Shown: positions 10,876 to 21,982 of the stretch, piece after piece
Position numbering within the stretch: position 1 is the first letter of the stretch
Layout of the letters: each line of letters begins with the position of its first letter
Assembly: GCF_001194135.2 (NCBI RefSeq)
Contig: NC_068991.1
Span: forward strand, 24,352,775 to 24,385,005
Reading direction: 5' to 3'
Length of the DNA: 32,231 bases
Origin: Octopus bimaculoides
Taxonomy: Eukaryota
Translations under genes and position numbers: made by a program
Notes under the pieces: model-generated
What the model was told of the DNA's origin: nothing
The model's database searches: none
The model's input: the letters and a program-made list of their open reading frames with translations, nothing else

Positions 10876-11790
10876 TTATCTATGTATCTCTCAATCACTG
10901 TTGACTTCAGATTAAACTTTAGTCCCAAGAATAACAGCAACAACATGAATTCATGACAGCGAAGTATTGAGCTAGATATTTAAAATCAAACACATCCGGT
11001 GAAGATTCCTTGTCTCCCGGCTATCAATCATCATTTTCTTGGACCACCTGATGGACATAAAAAGATATTCATCAGCAAAAAATACTGTGAATTATGCATA
11101 ATTATGACTACAACACGCTGTAATGTTGATCTTAGCAAAATCGTTTTAATTACATTATTTTCACTAAATTCCTTCTTTAAGCACGTGATGAATATTCATT
11201 ATCAGTTTGTTTTAATGGCGAGCTTAATCATTGGAATAAACTGGAGACATTGCTGCATCAATTTTGTAATTAAAAAACTAATTAATTATATCAAGCAAAA
11301 CTATATCTGTTCATGAAAAAAACAAAAGAAAAAAGAATGAATTTAAGAAACGAATAATTAATCAGCAAGGTAGATTATTTCAACTTAATGAATTGCCGTT
11401 AGAACAAAATTCAAGGCAATTAGTATGCAAAAACGAAAACCCGCAGTGTGCGTGTGTGTGTGTGTGTGTGTGTTGCGTGTGTGTGTGGTGAGTGTGTGTG
11501 TGTGTGTGTGCGCGCGCGCGCGTAAATTAGTTGAAATATGTGCACAAAATGACGAAGAAATGTGAAGAAATAACAAAAAATATTACTATGTATTTTGGTA
11601 CGATATTTGTTTCCGGCAAAATGTGCTTTGAAATAAAATTGAATTTTAATGACAATAGTAGAAAATATTACACCGAACATAAAATCCACAATCCGAACAT
11701 ATTTTTAGGAATGTAATTTATCTCGTTTAGGGCATTTTAGCTGATGCGTTTGTATTAGTCTAGTGTTTTTTTTTTTGTTTTTTTTATATA

Positions 11791-12140
11791 CTAGACTATT
11801 ACCCGTCATATGATGGGTAACTTTGGAATTATACTTTTGCTACTATGGATAATATTAGAAAATACGACATATACACACAGTAATTATAATTCAACTTTTA
11901 TCAAATTTATTGGTGTTTACACAAAATGATGAAATGAATACTAGTTTTAAAACGAAAAATATTTATTACTCTGTCGTGTACTTCCTTTCTCCTCCTCTTC
12001 CTCATCATCATCATCCTCATCACCATCTGTCTTCAGGATTCTTACTCTCTCACTACATGTGAGTGTGCACGAGTAGCGTTCCTTTACTCGTTGCTTTCCA
12101 TTAAGCCCAGAAAGTGTTGTCATCCTGTATTTCTTATATT
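11791..12140 (-). mobile_element. Helitron-like non-autonomous element, 3' end
   Basis: Minus strand hairpin ttacccatcat/atgacgggtaa (11799-11820), then 4 nt, CTAG and T; body (ggataatat...caaaatgatgaaatgaata...aaatatttatta) recurs at 31790-31905. Confidence 0.45.
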
Positions 12141-12147
12141 AGCTCTC

Positions 12148-12197
<50 letters not shown>

Positions 12198-12848
12198 NNN
12201 NNNNNNNNNNNNNNNNNNNNNNNNNNNNNNNNNNNNNNNNNNNNNNNNNNNNNNNNNNNNNNNNNNNNNNNNNNNNNNNNNNNNNNNNNNNNNNNNNNNN
12301 NNNNNNNNNNNNNNNNNNNNNNNNNNNNNNNNNNNNNNNNNNNNNNNNNNNNNNNNNNNNNNNNNNNNNNNNNNNNNNNNNNNNNNNNNNNNNNNNNNNN
12401 NNNNNNNNNNNNNNNNNNNNNNNNNNNNNNNNNNNNNNNNNNNNNNNNNNNNNNNNNNNNNNNNNNNNNNNNNNNNNNNNNNNNNNNNNNNNNNNNNNNN
12501 NNNNNNNNNNNNNNNNNNNNNNNNNNNNNNNNNNNNNNNNNNNNNNNNNNNNNNNNNNNNNNNNNNNNNNNNNNNNNNNNNNNNNNNNNNNNNNNNNNNN
12601 NNNNNNNNNNNNNNNNNNNNNNNNNNNNNNNNNNNNNNNNNNNNNNNNNNNNNNNNNNNNNNNNNNNNNNNNNNNNNNNNNNNNNNNNNNNNNNNNNNNN
12701 NNNNNNNNNNNNNNNNNNNNNNNNNNNNNNNNNNNNNNNNNNNNNNNNNNNNNNNNNNNNNNNNNNNNNNNNNNNNNNNNNNNNNNNNNNNNNNNNNNNN
12801 NNNNNNNNNNNNNNNNNNNNNNNNNNNNNNNNNNNNNNNNNNNNNNNN
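12198..12848. other. Assembly gap flanked by (CT)n and (GT)n
   Basis: N run. Confidence 0.99.
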
Positions 12849-13108
12849 GTGTGTGTGTGTGTAGATAGATAGATAGATACATACATACATACATACATAC
12901 ATACATACATACATACACACATACATACATACACACATAATACATGCATACATACAAACATGCATACACACATACATGCATACACACCTACATGCATACA
13001 TACATGCATACATATACATATATACATGAACACATACGCGCATACATACATGCGCACATACATATATACCTGGACACATAGATGCATACATACATGCATA
13101 CCCATACA

Positions 13109-13157
<49 letters not shown>

Positions 13158-13165
13158 ACTCGCAC
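12849..13165. repeat. Compound (GT)/(GATA)/(CATA)/(CA) microsatellite
   Basis: Direct reading. Confidence 0.95.
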
Positions 13166-13699
13166 GCATGATGGTTGCAACTTGATTTCAAACAGTGTCA
13201 CAGATAGATTGTTCCTTTAAAGCAAAACAGATTCTGGCTTTTCAGTCCTGCTAGGGACCTACATTCTTTTTGTACAGATATGGTAAGGATGGGCGCCTCT
13301 TGCAGTTGGCGTTCAGAGAGCTTAACACCAAAAGTGACACAATCTCGAGTCCTTCAGAAAAGTTTTAATTGAGTGTTTTACCTGTTTTGTCTACATTCAA
13401 CCACAATATGCAACGCATAATAGAGATGTTAAAAATTAAACGATGTCAATTATTGAAGCTTTTTCAACTCTGTAAAAACTAGAGTTAAAAAAATACAAAG
13501 ATAGTCTACATCATTGTATACAAACGATGTCGCAGATGTTATTTTCAGAGTTTTTCTTCAAGAAAGTCGTCTGAATAAAGATTAGGGGCCTCTACTAGTA
13601 GTTGCATGGCCGTTCACTCTACTGAGTTCATTCGCCCTTTGGCTGGTCTTGAATTTCATCCTGCAGAGTATCCAACGAAACTCTCTTCCTTATCAAGAG

Positions 13700-13777
13700 A
13701 CTGGGTTACGTTACCAGCAGTACAAGAGCAACCTCACACTGGGTTACGTTACCAGCAGTACAAGAGCAACCTCACAC
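13700..13777. repeat. Perfect 38-bp tandem duplication
   Basis: actgggttacgttaccagcagtacaagagcaacctcac x2 (13700-13737, 13738-13775). Confidence 0.95.
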
Positions 13778-13854
13778 ACACACACAACACAACACACACG
13801 CACAAACGCACAACACACATACATACAAACATACACACACATACACACTGGTCG

Positions 13855-13924
13855 CTACTAGTCATGCGCTGCCATCTGTTGGCGCGCTACAGAACTAGTC
13901 CGGGATCTTTTTGATACCACCTCG
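13855..13924. mobile_element. Solo terminal segment of a mariner-like element
   Basis: gccatctgttggcgcgctacagaactagtccgggatctttttgataccacctcg(TT); reverse complement cgaggtggtatcaaaaag..ccggactagt looks like a mariner TIR; no partner TIR seen. Confidence 0.5.
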
Positions 13925-14399
13925 TTTACCTGTCCATTGCTGAAAACGTGTCAATCCTCTGCGCAGCCACTATGTTTTCTGCACCAAAGTCACCGGTTTG
14001 TTGATGGTAACTGCAGGAACTACTGCTGTCCATGAGAAATATCAGAACCAAGCTTGTGTTCACAGTACTGGATGGCTGTTGACTTTAATGAGTCCGACAG
14101 TTTTTTTTTTAATTATTTTTCATCTTGCAGGGTGTCATATCACGCTCCTCACTAAATGATTTTAGTGGAGTTGCCAGTTTAGTCACCAACGTCCCGACCA
14201 TGCAGCAGGTTGCATTGGGCTACCTGCTATCAGTAGCTCTAACGCCTAGTTTAGAATAGAAGCAGCTGATGAAGGAAAGGTTCCATAAGTGGCTCGTCTG
14301 TTTTCCTATGGGTTCATTCTGTTGTCCGTAAAAAAAATTCCGTTTTTTTGTGCTTTGTTTATGTTCCCGTTCCTTTTTTGACGTCCTGTACCCGGATAT

Positions 14400-14640
14400 G
14401 CATCTATATATATACATGTAGATGTAGGTATGTACATATATGTATGTATACATGCATATGCTCATATATCATTTGTATTATTACATACATACATACATAC
14501 ATACACACGTACTCACAAACATACATACACAAATTCAAGCATATACACATGCATACATACACACACACATACACACGCAAGCAAGCGCGTACACACACGC
14601 GTAAGCAAGCAAGCAAGCATACATATGCATATGCACTCTG
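14400..14640. repeat. Degenerate compound (TA)/(CA)/(CATA) microsatellite
   Basis: Direct reading; similar arrays at 14920-15075 and 15466-15640. Confidence 0.9.
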
Positions 14641-15079
14641 TTGTCAGATCGTTGATAAAGAGCTTGCAAATCCAATATCCAAGATACATTTTCAACTTCA
14701 TACGTATTAATACTGGACCAACAGCTGAGCATGGGTTCTTGGTATGGGAGTACAACTCTTTAATTTATACGCTACAAATGATCACGTCAGAGGTAACAAA
14801 AACCCGAAAAATCTTCTTAAGATGATGAATAAAACAAAATGCTTTCTTTCATAATCTTGCTACCAAGTTAGTAGACTGTCAAAATTAACTCTAAATAAAA
14901 AAAAAAGAGGAAAAGAAAACATACATATTTACATACAGGTAAACGCACACGGACATACACACACGTATACATACATACGTACATACATGCATGCATACAT
15001 CCACATACATTCACTTATACATAAATAAACCCAGATACACACACGCATACATGTGCACACATGCATACATGAATATAAA

Positions 15080-15465
15080 TTGTTGTTGGCACTCCGTCGC
15101 TTACGACGTCGAGGGTTCCAGTTGATCCGATCAACGGAACAGCCTGCTCGTGAAATTAACGTGCAAGTGGCTGAGCATTCCACAGACACGTGTACCCTTA
15201 ACGTAGTTCTTGGGGATATTCAGCGTGACACAGTGTGACAAGGCTGACCCTTTGAATTACAGGCACAACAGAAACAGGAAGTAAGAGTGAGAGAAAGTTG
15301 TGGTGAAAGAGTACAGCAGGGTTCGCCACCATCCCCTGACGGAGCCTCGTGGAGCTTTAGGTGTTTTCGCTCAATAAACACTCACAACGCCCGGTCTGGG
15401 AATCGAAACCACTATCCTATGACCGCGAGTTCGCTGCCCTAACCAATGGGCCATTGCGCCTCCAC
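15080..15465 (-). mobile_element. Full-length tRNA-derived SINE, head type C with tail type 2
   Basis: Minus strand gtggaggcgcaatggcccattggttagggc (A-box), ggtttcgattccc (B-box), tail gttaagggtacacgtgtctgtgg...cgacggagtgcc(aac)n. Confidence 0.9.
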
Positions 15466-15812
15466 ATACATGAATATACACACATGCACACATACATGCA
15501 CACGTACATGCATAAACACAGACACACACGCGTACATGCATACACATACATACATGAATATACACACATGCATACGTACATGCACACACATACATGCACA
15601 CACATACATGCACACGTACGTACACACATACACACATACAGTTTAATGAAGATCCTTGAGAACATGTTTGCCAATTAACAAAACTCAGCATGCAACGATA
15701 ATTTTTGCCAATTAAAGAACACAGTCATGGATCTTTAAACTTTAATTATAATGATGAGAGTATCAACACATGATTGCACACAAAAAGAAACTTGGAAATT
15801 GAAAAATATTTA

Positions 15813-15813
<1 letters not shown>

Positions 15814-15888
<75 letters not shown>

Positions 15889-16099
15889 NNNNNNNNNNNN
15901 NNNNNNNNNNNNNNNNNNNNNNNNNNNNNNNNNNNNNNNNNNNNNNNNNNNNNNNNNNNNNNNNNNNNNNNNNNNNNNNNNNNNNNNNNNNNNNNNNNNN
16001 NNNNNNNNNNNNNNNNNNNNNNNNNNNNNNNNNNNNNNNNNNNNNNNNNNNNNNNNNNNNNNNNNNNNNNNNNNNNNNNNNNNNNNNNNNNNNNNNNNN

Positions 16100-16156
<57 letters not shown>
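15814..16156. repeat. (TG)n - gap (15889-16099) - (CA)n
   Basis: Opposite-polarity dinucleotide runs on either side of the N run. Confidence 0.95.
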
Positions 16157-16159
<3 letters not shown>

Positions 16160-16506
16160 ATGTGTGGTTTTATGCCTTGGAGAAGTTCTCTTCGTGTTGT
16201 GGGAAGTTCTCTGAGCCAATTTTTGATCAAATTATGTAAGTTACCTAGGCCATTAATGTGTTCTACTCCCTTTTTTTGTATATGTCTAAATCCGTTGGCT
16301 GCCGGAGATAAGTTGAACAATGACCGTGCGGATGATGGCTGTTGAGCCAGAAGTACATGTCGACGACTGCGCTCTTGTCTCCAAACAATAGCCTGTTCTT
16401 TCCCTTCGTGTCAGTTTTGGAAAATTCCTGTTTCATGAAAATATCTCCCATTCTCAAATGGAGCTGGTCTTTTTATGTTGAGCAAATGTTTATTTACAGT
16501 ATCCGG
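16157..16506 (-). pseudogene. Unassigned coding-like relic, about 116 codons with one stop
   Basis: PDTVNKHLLNIKRPAPFENGRYFHETGIFQN*HEGKEQAIVWRQERSRRHVLLAQQPSSARSLFNLSPAANGFRHIQKKGVEHINGLGNLHNLIKNWLRELPTTRRELLQGIKPHIT; ends at (CA)n. Confidence 0.3.
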
Positions 16507-17919
16507 TATACTCCATCAAACTTCACGCTATTATATAGATACAACGAATCACACCTTCGGACATATTTGATCATTCGTCTAGTGATTCAATAAACTTTTC
16601 TGGGTCGAATTTTTATAGTTCAACCATACTTCTTGCAGTAACTATCCCAGTTTTATTTTGGCATAATAAATATAATATACATCTAGAACTACGTTATACA
16701 TCATATTCGTCCATTTTTATGATAGTGTGGTATGATTTGGAACATATTTAGCTATTATTTCTAGAATGTAGATAGGTCCCTAGATTTAAGTTCACTGAAC
16801 TTGTTCTTACTTAAATACATCGTTGAATAGAAAACCTTTTATTTGAAAGTTAGATCATTTGGACTTTTTGTTCGAAAATTTTATGATAATGACCAAACAA
16901 TGATATTATATAACTATATTATTAAAATAAATTCGGTCAAAAGAGTTACGAGAACTGGTTGAAAGCTGTAAAATTACGAAAGCATAAAATGCAATACGTT
17001 TTGTATATCGTTTATTACATTTTATGTAAGAAAACAACTTCGTTACTAAGAAACCATGATTTATTAACAAGACATAGGAGACAGGTATTTCGGATTATAA
17101 TAATAAATGGAAACTGGATAAACAAACGAAGTTACAACTAGATAATTAGTTTCTCTTGTACATTCATTCGTGTTTGTAATACAGTAATTATTTACAAGTG
17201 AAATACTTTCAAATAAACAGTTTGATTAATTTGTTTGCATGTGCGACAAATTATAGCTAAGAACTCGATAAACAAAATACAAATGAAATGTGTAAGCAAT
17301 AGGAAAATCGGTGACATTCCCCTACATTTGGTACTTTAATCTTAATTACTCATTAGAATCATTATCGCTATAACTGCTAAAACAGATTGTTTAGATTTCA
17401 ACCGAGTGACATTGTAAATAATGAAAAAAAGATTTTTTTTGTGTTATTTTTTAAAGCTTCTAAAGACAAGGAAATTGAATTCTTGATTTGTTTGTTTTTA
17501 TGTCTTCTTCTGAGTTACTTTTTCCAAAGTTTTCTCATTTTTTTTACTTTAAGTTATATTTTCTTTTAGCTTTTATGTTATTTTTGCTTTGTTTTTAGTT
17601 TCAGTATTTTTTTTGGTTAAAATTTTTATGATTCATTTCTAAATACAGAAGTTCAATCAGCAATCTTATTTTGTATTGATTTTTGCATGTATTTTTTTTA
17701 TTTCTTTTTCTTCAACAAACGAATATAAGTCAATTTCTCTGTCAATTTGCTTCCTGTAAATAACGGTTGACTACAGGAAGAAAAATAAACACCTATTTCC
17801 AATCCATTCAGAAAAATCAACCACGCTTACAGCCCCTTCTTTACAAGAAGAAATGTTCAGGAGGTCCTTCGTCGATCTAATGTATCTATAAAACCCATAC
17901 GTTGCAGATTACTGTAACA

Positions 17920-18275
17920 GGTGTAGGGACAGTATAGCTGCAATAGGGCCGAATAGTTAAGAAGTTCGCTTTGCAGCCACGAAATCCTGTGTTCGATCCC
18001 ATTGCATACCATCTTCGGCAAATATTATCTCTAGCCTCGAGTCAACCCATACTTTGTGAGTGAAAATGAGTAAACGGAAACTCGTCGGGTGGATTGTACC
18101 AGAAATTTACAAGGTCCACGCTTACGACACACACTGTGTTACACTGATTCTGCTTAAGAGTTATGTTAAGGGTACACTTGCCAGCGGAATACTCAGCTAC
18201 TTACGTGTTGATTCAGAAGCAAGTAATTCAATTGATCGATCAGCTGATTCCTCGTCGGAGATCCACCACCATCAC
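17920..18275 (+). mobile_element. Decayed chimeric SINE: head type A with tail type 2
   Basis: gttaagaagttcgctttgcagccac...gtgttcgatccc...tttgtgagtg..aaacggaaact, then acactgtgttacactga...gttaagggtacac, as in 15080-15250 (-). Confidence 0.65.
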
Positions 18276-18309
18276 TGTATCAAGTAATACTGTGTTCGTC
18301 ATATTTCTG

Positions 18310-18460
18310 CAGTTGTCGTAATTTTTATTGTTTGTGGTGCTGCTGCTACAGATGCTGCTACTGTTGCTGTTGTTGCTGCTGCTGCTGTTGTTGTTGTTAT
18401 TGTTGTTGTTGCTGATGCTGCTACTACTGCTACTGTAGTTGCTGTTGTTGTTGCTGTTAT
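18310..18460. repeat. Degenerate (GTT/GCT/ACT)n trinucleotide array
   Basis: Direct reading. Confidence 0.9.
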
Positions 18461-18499
18461 AGTTTTTTTCTGACCCGATTATAGTTTTAAGTGGCGCCT

Positions 18500-18720
18500 T
18501 CTGTAGCATGTCCGTTATGCGTAACCCTCTTCATCTGCTGGTTCAAGCATTGAGATCTGTTGCAATCAACATCTGCTTGTTATACCGTTGGAGTCTTTGG
18601 GGATCGGTCGCGCTTAGTCTAAGTCCTCGTCTTCGACTTTGCCGCCAAGAGTGGCCCTACCAAGAATTTAGAACTCCCAACGACATCGCTCCTCCACTGC
18701 AAGGAGCAAGCATCAGGAAG
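18500..18720 (-). mobile_element. Probable RTE-clade LINE 5' UTR relic
   Basis: Minus strand ggagcgatgtcgttgggag...cttggtagggccactcttggcggcaaagtcgaagacgaggacttagactaag...agactccaacgg resembles RTE-type 5' UTRs as I recall them. Confidence 0.4.
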
Positions 18721-18769
18721 ATGTTGTTGCTGTAGTTTTTGTTTAACCTCCTTTTAGTCATGATTGAGG

Positions 18770-18825
18770 AGATCAATGATCGAAAGGGGTTCTAGTAGTG
18801 ACCATCCCGTCTTTTATTCTAGATC
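18770..18825 (+). repeat. Family D fragment
   Basis: atgatcgaaaggggttctagtagtgaccatcccgtctttt. Confidence 0.4.
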
Positions 18826-19085
18826 CTCATTAGGCTACGATAATGATCGACTCAACGCTCTGCTTGAACTGTTTCAAGTCGGTGGCTGCACATAAAACGT
18901 ACACAGCGACAGAGTTTCAAGGCCTGAATGTAATGGTCAAAACAGACCAGGGGCTAAGCAATACTGACCTTAATTAAGAGGTGAAGAAAGAATAATATAT
19001 TGCAGTCTTTTATAGGATTATGTGACCAGTATAGATGAGAATGATGGTGTTGTTGTGGCCATTGTTATTGCTGCGATCATGTTAA

Positions 19086-19466
19086 ATTTCTTCCAACCCC
19101 TTAAAGTTTTTCAAATTTTTACCAGATTATTTTTCGAAAATTTAGTTCTGATGTAGTTTTGTATGCTGATGACGAAAATTGCATTCATTTTTTTTTCTTT
19201 TTCTAAAAATTAATAATAAAGAAGTTACAATCATTTTGAGTTATGTAATTTTCGCCAACCGAAAGCCTCCAGTTACCTATATATCGTGTCTGCTGGTCTC
19301 CATTGGCATGGAGGTCAGAACACATGAAACTTTTATGTGGTCTCGTAACTTTCTAGAACTAACAGGCAAATATTCCTTAAACTACTCCATAACATTTTAA
19401 AAAAATTTTTAATGAAACAGTGAAATCTGGTGAAAATTTTAAAAACTTCAAGTGGTTGGAAGAAAT
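19086..19466. mobile_element. 381-bp MITE with ~43-bp TIRs, flanked by TTAA
   Basis: TTAA|atttcttccaaccccttaaagtttttcaaatttttaccagatt ... aatctggtgaaaattttaaaaacttcaagtggttggaagaaat|TTAA; splits a decayed (GTT/GAT/GCT)n tract. Confidence 0.85.
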
Positions 19467-19544
19467 TTAAAAGATTTTGTTGTTATTGCTGTCGATGCTA
19501 CTGTTATTGCTATTTCTGTTGTTTTTGTTGATGACGATGATGCT

Positions 19545-20060
19545 GTTTTCTCCCGAGATAAAAATTTCTCATAAATGTGCTGTGCTAAAAACAATATATA
19601 TCGAAGGGAGGCGAAAATTCGTCCCGGCAGCTGCTATTAAGAATGTAAGATGCATTCCGAACATCTACGTCTTGTCAATTGTGTATACTTGCACCTCATA
19701 CTTAGACAAAATATATTACCTCCGATATAAGAAACAATAAACAATATATTCACTGATATAGTGAATAGCAGTTGGGCTTCATAACAATTCTGTGTATACA
19801 ATCGAAGCAGTATTGAATTAACATAGCCATCTATCTAGCATACTTAACGCATATATACCGTCAACAACTAGTTACTGCAGACTTCGTCCGAGATAAGAAA
19901 AAGTCTCTTATAGACGTGCAGTTTAAAAAAACACAATGTATATCGGAGGGAAACGAAAAATCATCCCGGCAGCGGTTAACGAGAATGCTGGATGCGCAGT
20001 TGTCAGATATCGTTGAGACAAGACGTGTTTTTCATAGTTCTGAAGAAACAGAATTCATCT
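19545..20060 (-). mobile_element. Two diverged ~100-bp direct copies of a Helitron-like 3' region
   Basis: ccgagataa...aatatatatcgaagggaggcgaaaattcgtcccggcag (~19553) vs ccgagataag...aatgtatatcggagggaaacgaaaaatcatcccggcag (~19888); CTAG at 19868-19871 next to a gacttcgtccg hairpin relic. Confidence 0.4.
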
Positions 20061-20543
20061 CAACAAAATATCGTTGAGGCGTCTAGCCGAAGGAGACGAT
20101 TTCAACACAAACTAGCTGAGATTTTCTTTGCTTTCAGCCCCCAAACCTTTAAGATTTACGATCTTGTAATCACTAGAAGATAGAGTTGACTCAGTAGAAA
20201 TTAATATAAGGTTATATGCCGCATTGAGAAACAAATATAAACTAGCAGTGCCTGCAAAATATCTAAAAAAAATCTCAAGATTAATTTTATAACTAGCCTC
20301 ATGAGTACGCTGTTAATTTCTAATTTCTACTTCGGCCTTTCGTAACCTTGTCAATGACATGTACTTGCAGCCAGCCATATTCTTAGACGAGATTTGTCAC
20401 CTCATATATAGGAAACAGTGAATGTTCACACGAAATTTTATGTAACGATTATTCAAATATCGTTGTAATAAAATAAAATAGAAGAGAAATTTCCTGTATT
20501 TACCAGTTATTTTCTTGTTTTAACGCCATTTGCATTTTAACAG

Positions 20544-20584
20544 CGAGGAGGAAGATAAGGAAAAAGAAAAAGTCAATGTAGTTT
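20544..20584 (+). CDS. Candidate 41-nt internal exon (EEEDKEKEKVNVV)
   Basis: Long pyrimidine-rich acceptor ending ttttaacAG (20543), purine-rich body, consensus donor GTGAGT at 20585, open reading frame. Confidence 0.35.
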
Positions 20585-20855
20585 GTGAGTTATGTCTTAA
20601 GTTTGTCCCATTATTGACTAGAGAAATAACAAAAAAAAAGGTGGGCTATTAGTATTATTCTATCAGATTCAATGATTTGGATAATTCGATAATTTGGTAT
20701 AATTTGTGATCGGCAAACGTTTACAGCAAGTCAAACAAAACAGTGAAGACAAAATATATTTGAATTTATATTTAACGCAAGACAATTTTATTTGGCAGCT
20801 TTTAGTCTTTGGTTGGAAAGAACAACAAGAGAAAAATTGTTTAGTGTATATGCAT

Positions 20856-21502
20856 NNNNNNNNNNNNNNNNNNNNNNNNNNNNNNNNNNNNNNNNNNNNN
20901 NNNNNNNNNNNNNNNNNNNNNNNNNNNNNNNNNNNNNNNNNNNNNNNNNNNNNNNNNNNNNNNNNNNNNNNNNNNNNNNNNNNNNNNNNNNNNNNNNNNN
21001 NNNNNNNNNNNNNNNNNNNNNNNNNNNNNNNNNNNNNNNNNNNNNNNNNNNNNNNNNNNNNNNNNNNNNNNNNNNNNNNNNNNNNNNNNNNNNNNNNNNN
21101 NNNNNNNNNNNNNNNNNNNNNNNNNNNNNNNNNNNNNNNNNNNNNNNNNNNNNNNNNNNNNNNNNNNNNNNNNNNNNNNNNNNNNNNNNNNNNNNNNNNN
21201 NNNNNNNNNNNNNNNNNNNNNNNNNNNNNNNNNNNNNNNNNNNNNNNNNNNNNNNNNNNNNNNNNNNNNNNNNNNNNNNNNNNNNNNNNNNNNNNNNNNN
21301 NNNNNNNNNNNNNNNNNNNNNNNNNNNNNNNNNNNNNNNNNNNNNNNNNNNNNNNNNNNNNNNNNNNNNNNNNNNNNNNNNNNNNNNNNNNNNNNNNNNN
21401 NNNNNNNNNNNNNNNNNNNNNNNNNNNNNNNNNNNNNNNNNNNNNNNNNNNNNNNNNNNNNNNNNNNNNNNNNNNNNNNNNNNNNNNNNNNNNNNNNNNN
21501 NN
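20856..21502. other. Assembly gap
   Basis: N run. Confidence 0.99.
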
Positions 21503-21525
21503 GTAAAATATATAATTTCTCACGA

Positions 21526-21540
21526 CAGGGGCTCCCAACC
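21526..21540. mobile_element. Solo hAT-like TIR
   Basis: caggggctcccaacc resembles the TIRs of the MITE at 29590-29912; no partner seen. Confidence 0.3.
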
Positions 21541-21600
21541 ATCCAAAATTTCGGCATAATTTTATAACATGTAAAGAATTTGTATATAATCATAGCCGAT

Positions 21601-21652
21601 GGTTGGTTGGTTGGTTGGTTGGTTGGTTGGTTGGTTGGTTGGTTGGTTGGTT
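21601..21652. repeat. (GGTT)n microsatellite
   Basis: Direct reading. Confidence 0.97.
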
Positions 21653-21982
21653 TCTCCACTCATGCTTTACATTGCAGGAAGAATAGGGGAGAGAGAATAA
21701 AAGAGAAATACAGTGAGAGTTAACATAAGAGGTGCAGGAAGAGTGCACATTCTAGACTTTGGTGCAGGCAATGACTATAGAACGCTACACACTCAGTGAG
21801 GGAGAAAGAATGATGGAGACAGAGGTAGAGGGAGAAAGATAGTAAATGACAGAATAGTTATGAGAGAAGTTATATAAATAAGAAATAAGCTCTTCTTCGT
21901 TGACAAACTACAACAGCGATTTACGTATTCACGTTCGAATCAACCAGAGTGTATTAAGAATATGTACATTATTGTACACATA

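Larger units (their letters stand above)
13590..14265 (-). mobile_element. Probable RTE-clade LINE 5' UTR/ORF-start relic, interrupted at ~13700-13925
   Basis: Minus strand ctaaactggcaactcc...gtgaggag...ggctgcgcagaggattgacacg...ggacaggt, then ATGAAATTCAAGACCAGCCAAAGGGCGAATGAA (MKFKTSQRANELSRVNGH); recognised from memory of RTE 5' regions only. Confidence 0.4.

Noticed and set aside
14131-14259. Strong acceptor followed by a 42-codon open + frame (GVISRSSLNDF...)
   Set aside because: Only a weak donor (gttgca), and it overlaps the antisense of a probable RTE 5' relic.
14262-14292. CTGATGA-aggaa-agg-ttcc hammerhead-like start
   Set aside because: No GAAA after the hairpin and no stem I/III partner.
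19164-19180. ctgatgacgaaa resembling a hammerhead core
   Set aside because: No stem II or flanking helices; lies inside an AT-rich MITE.
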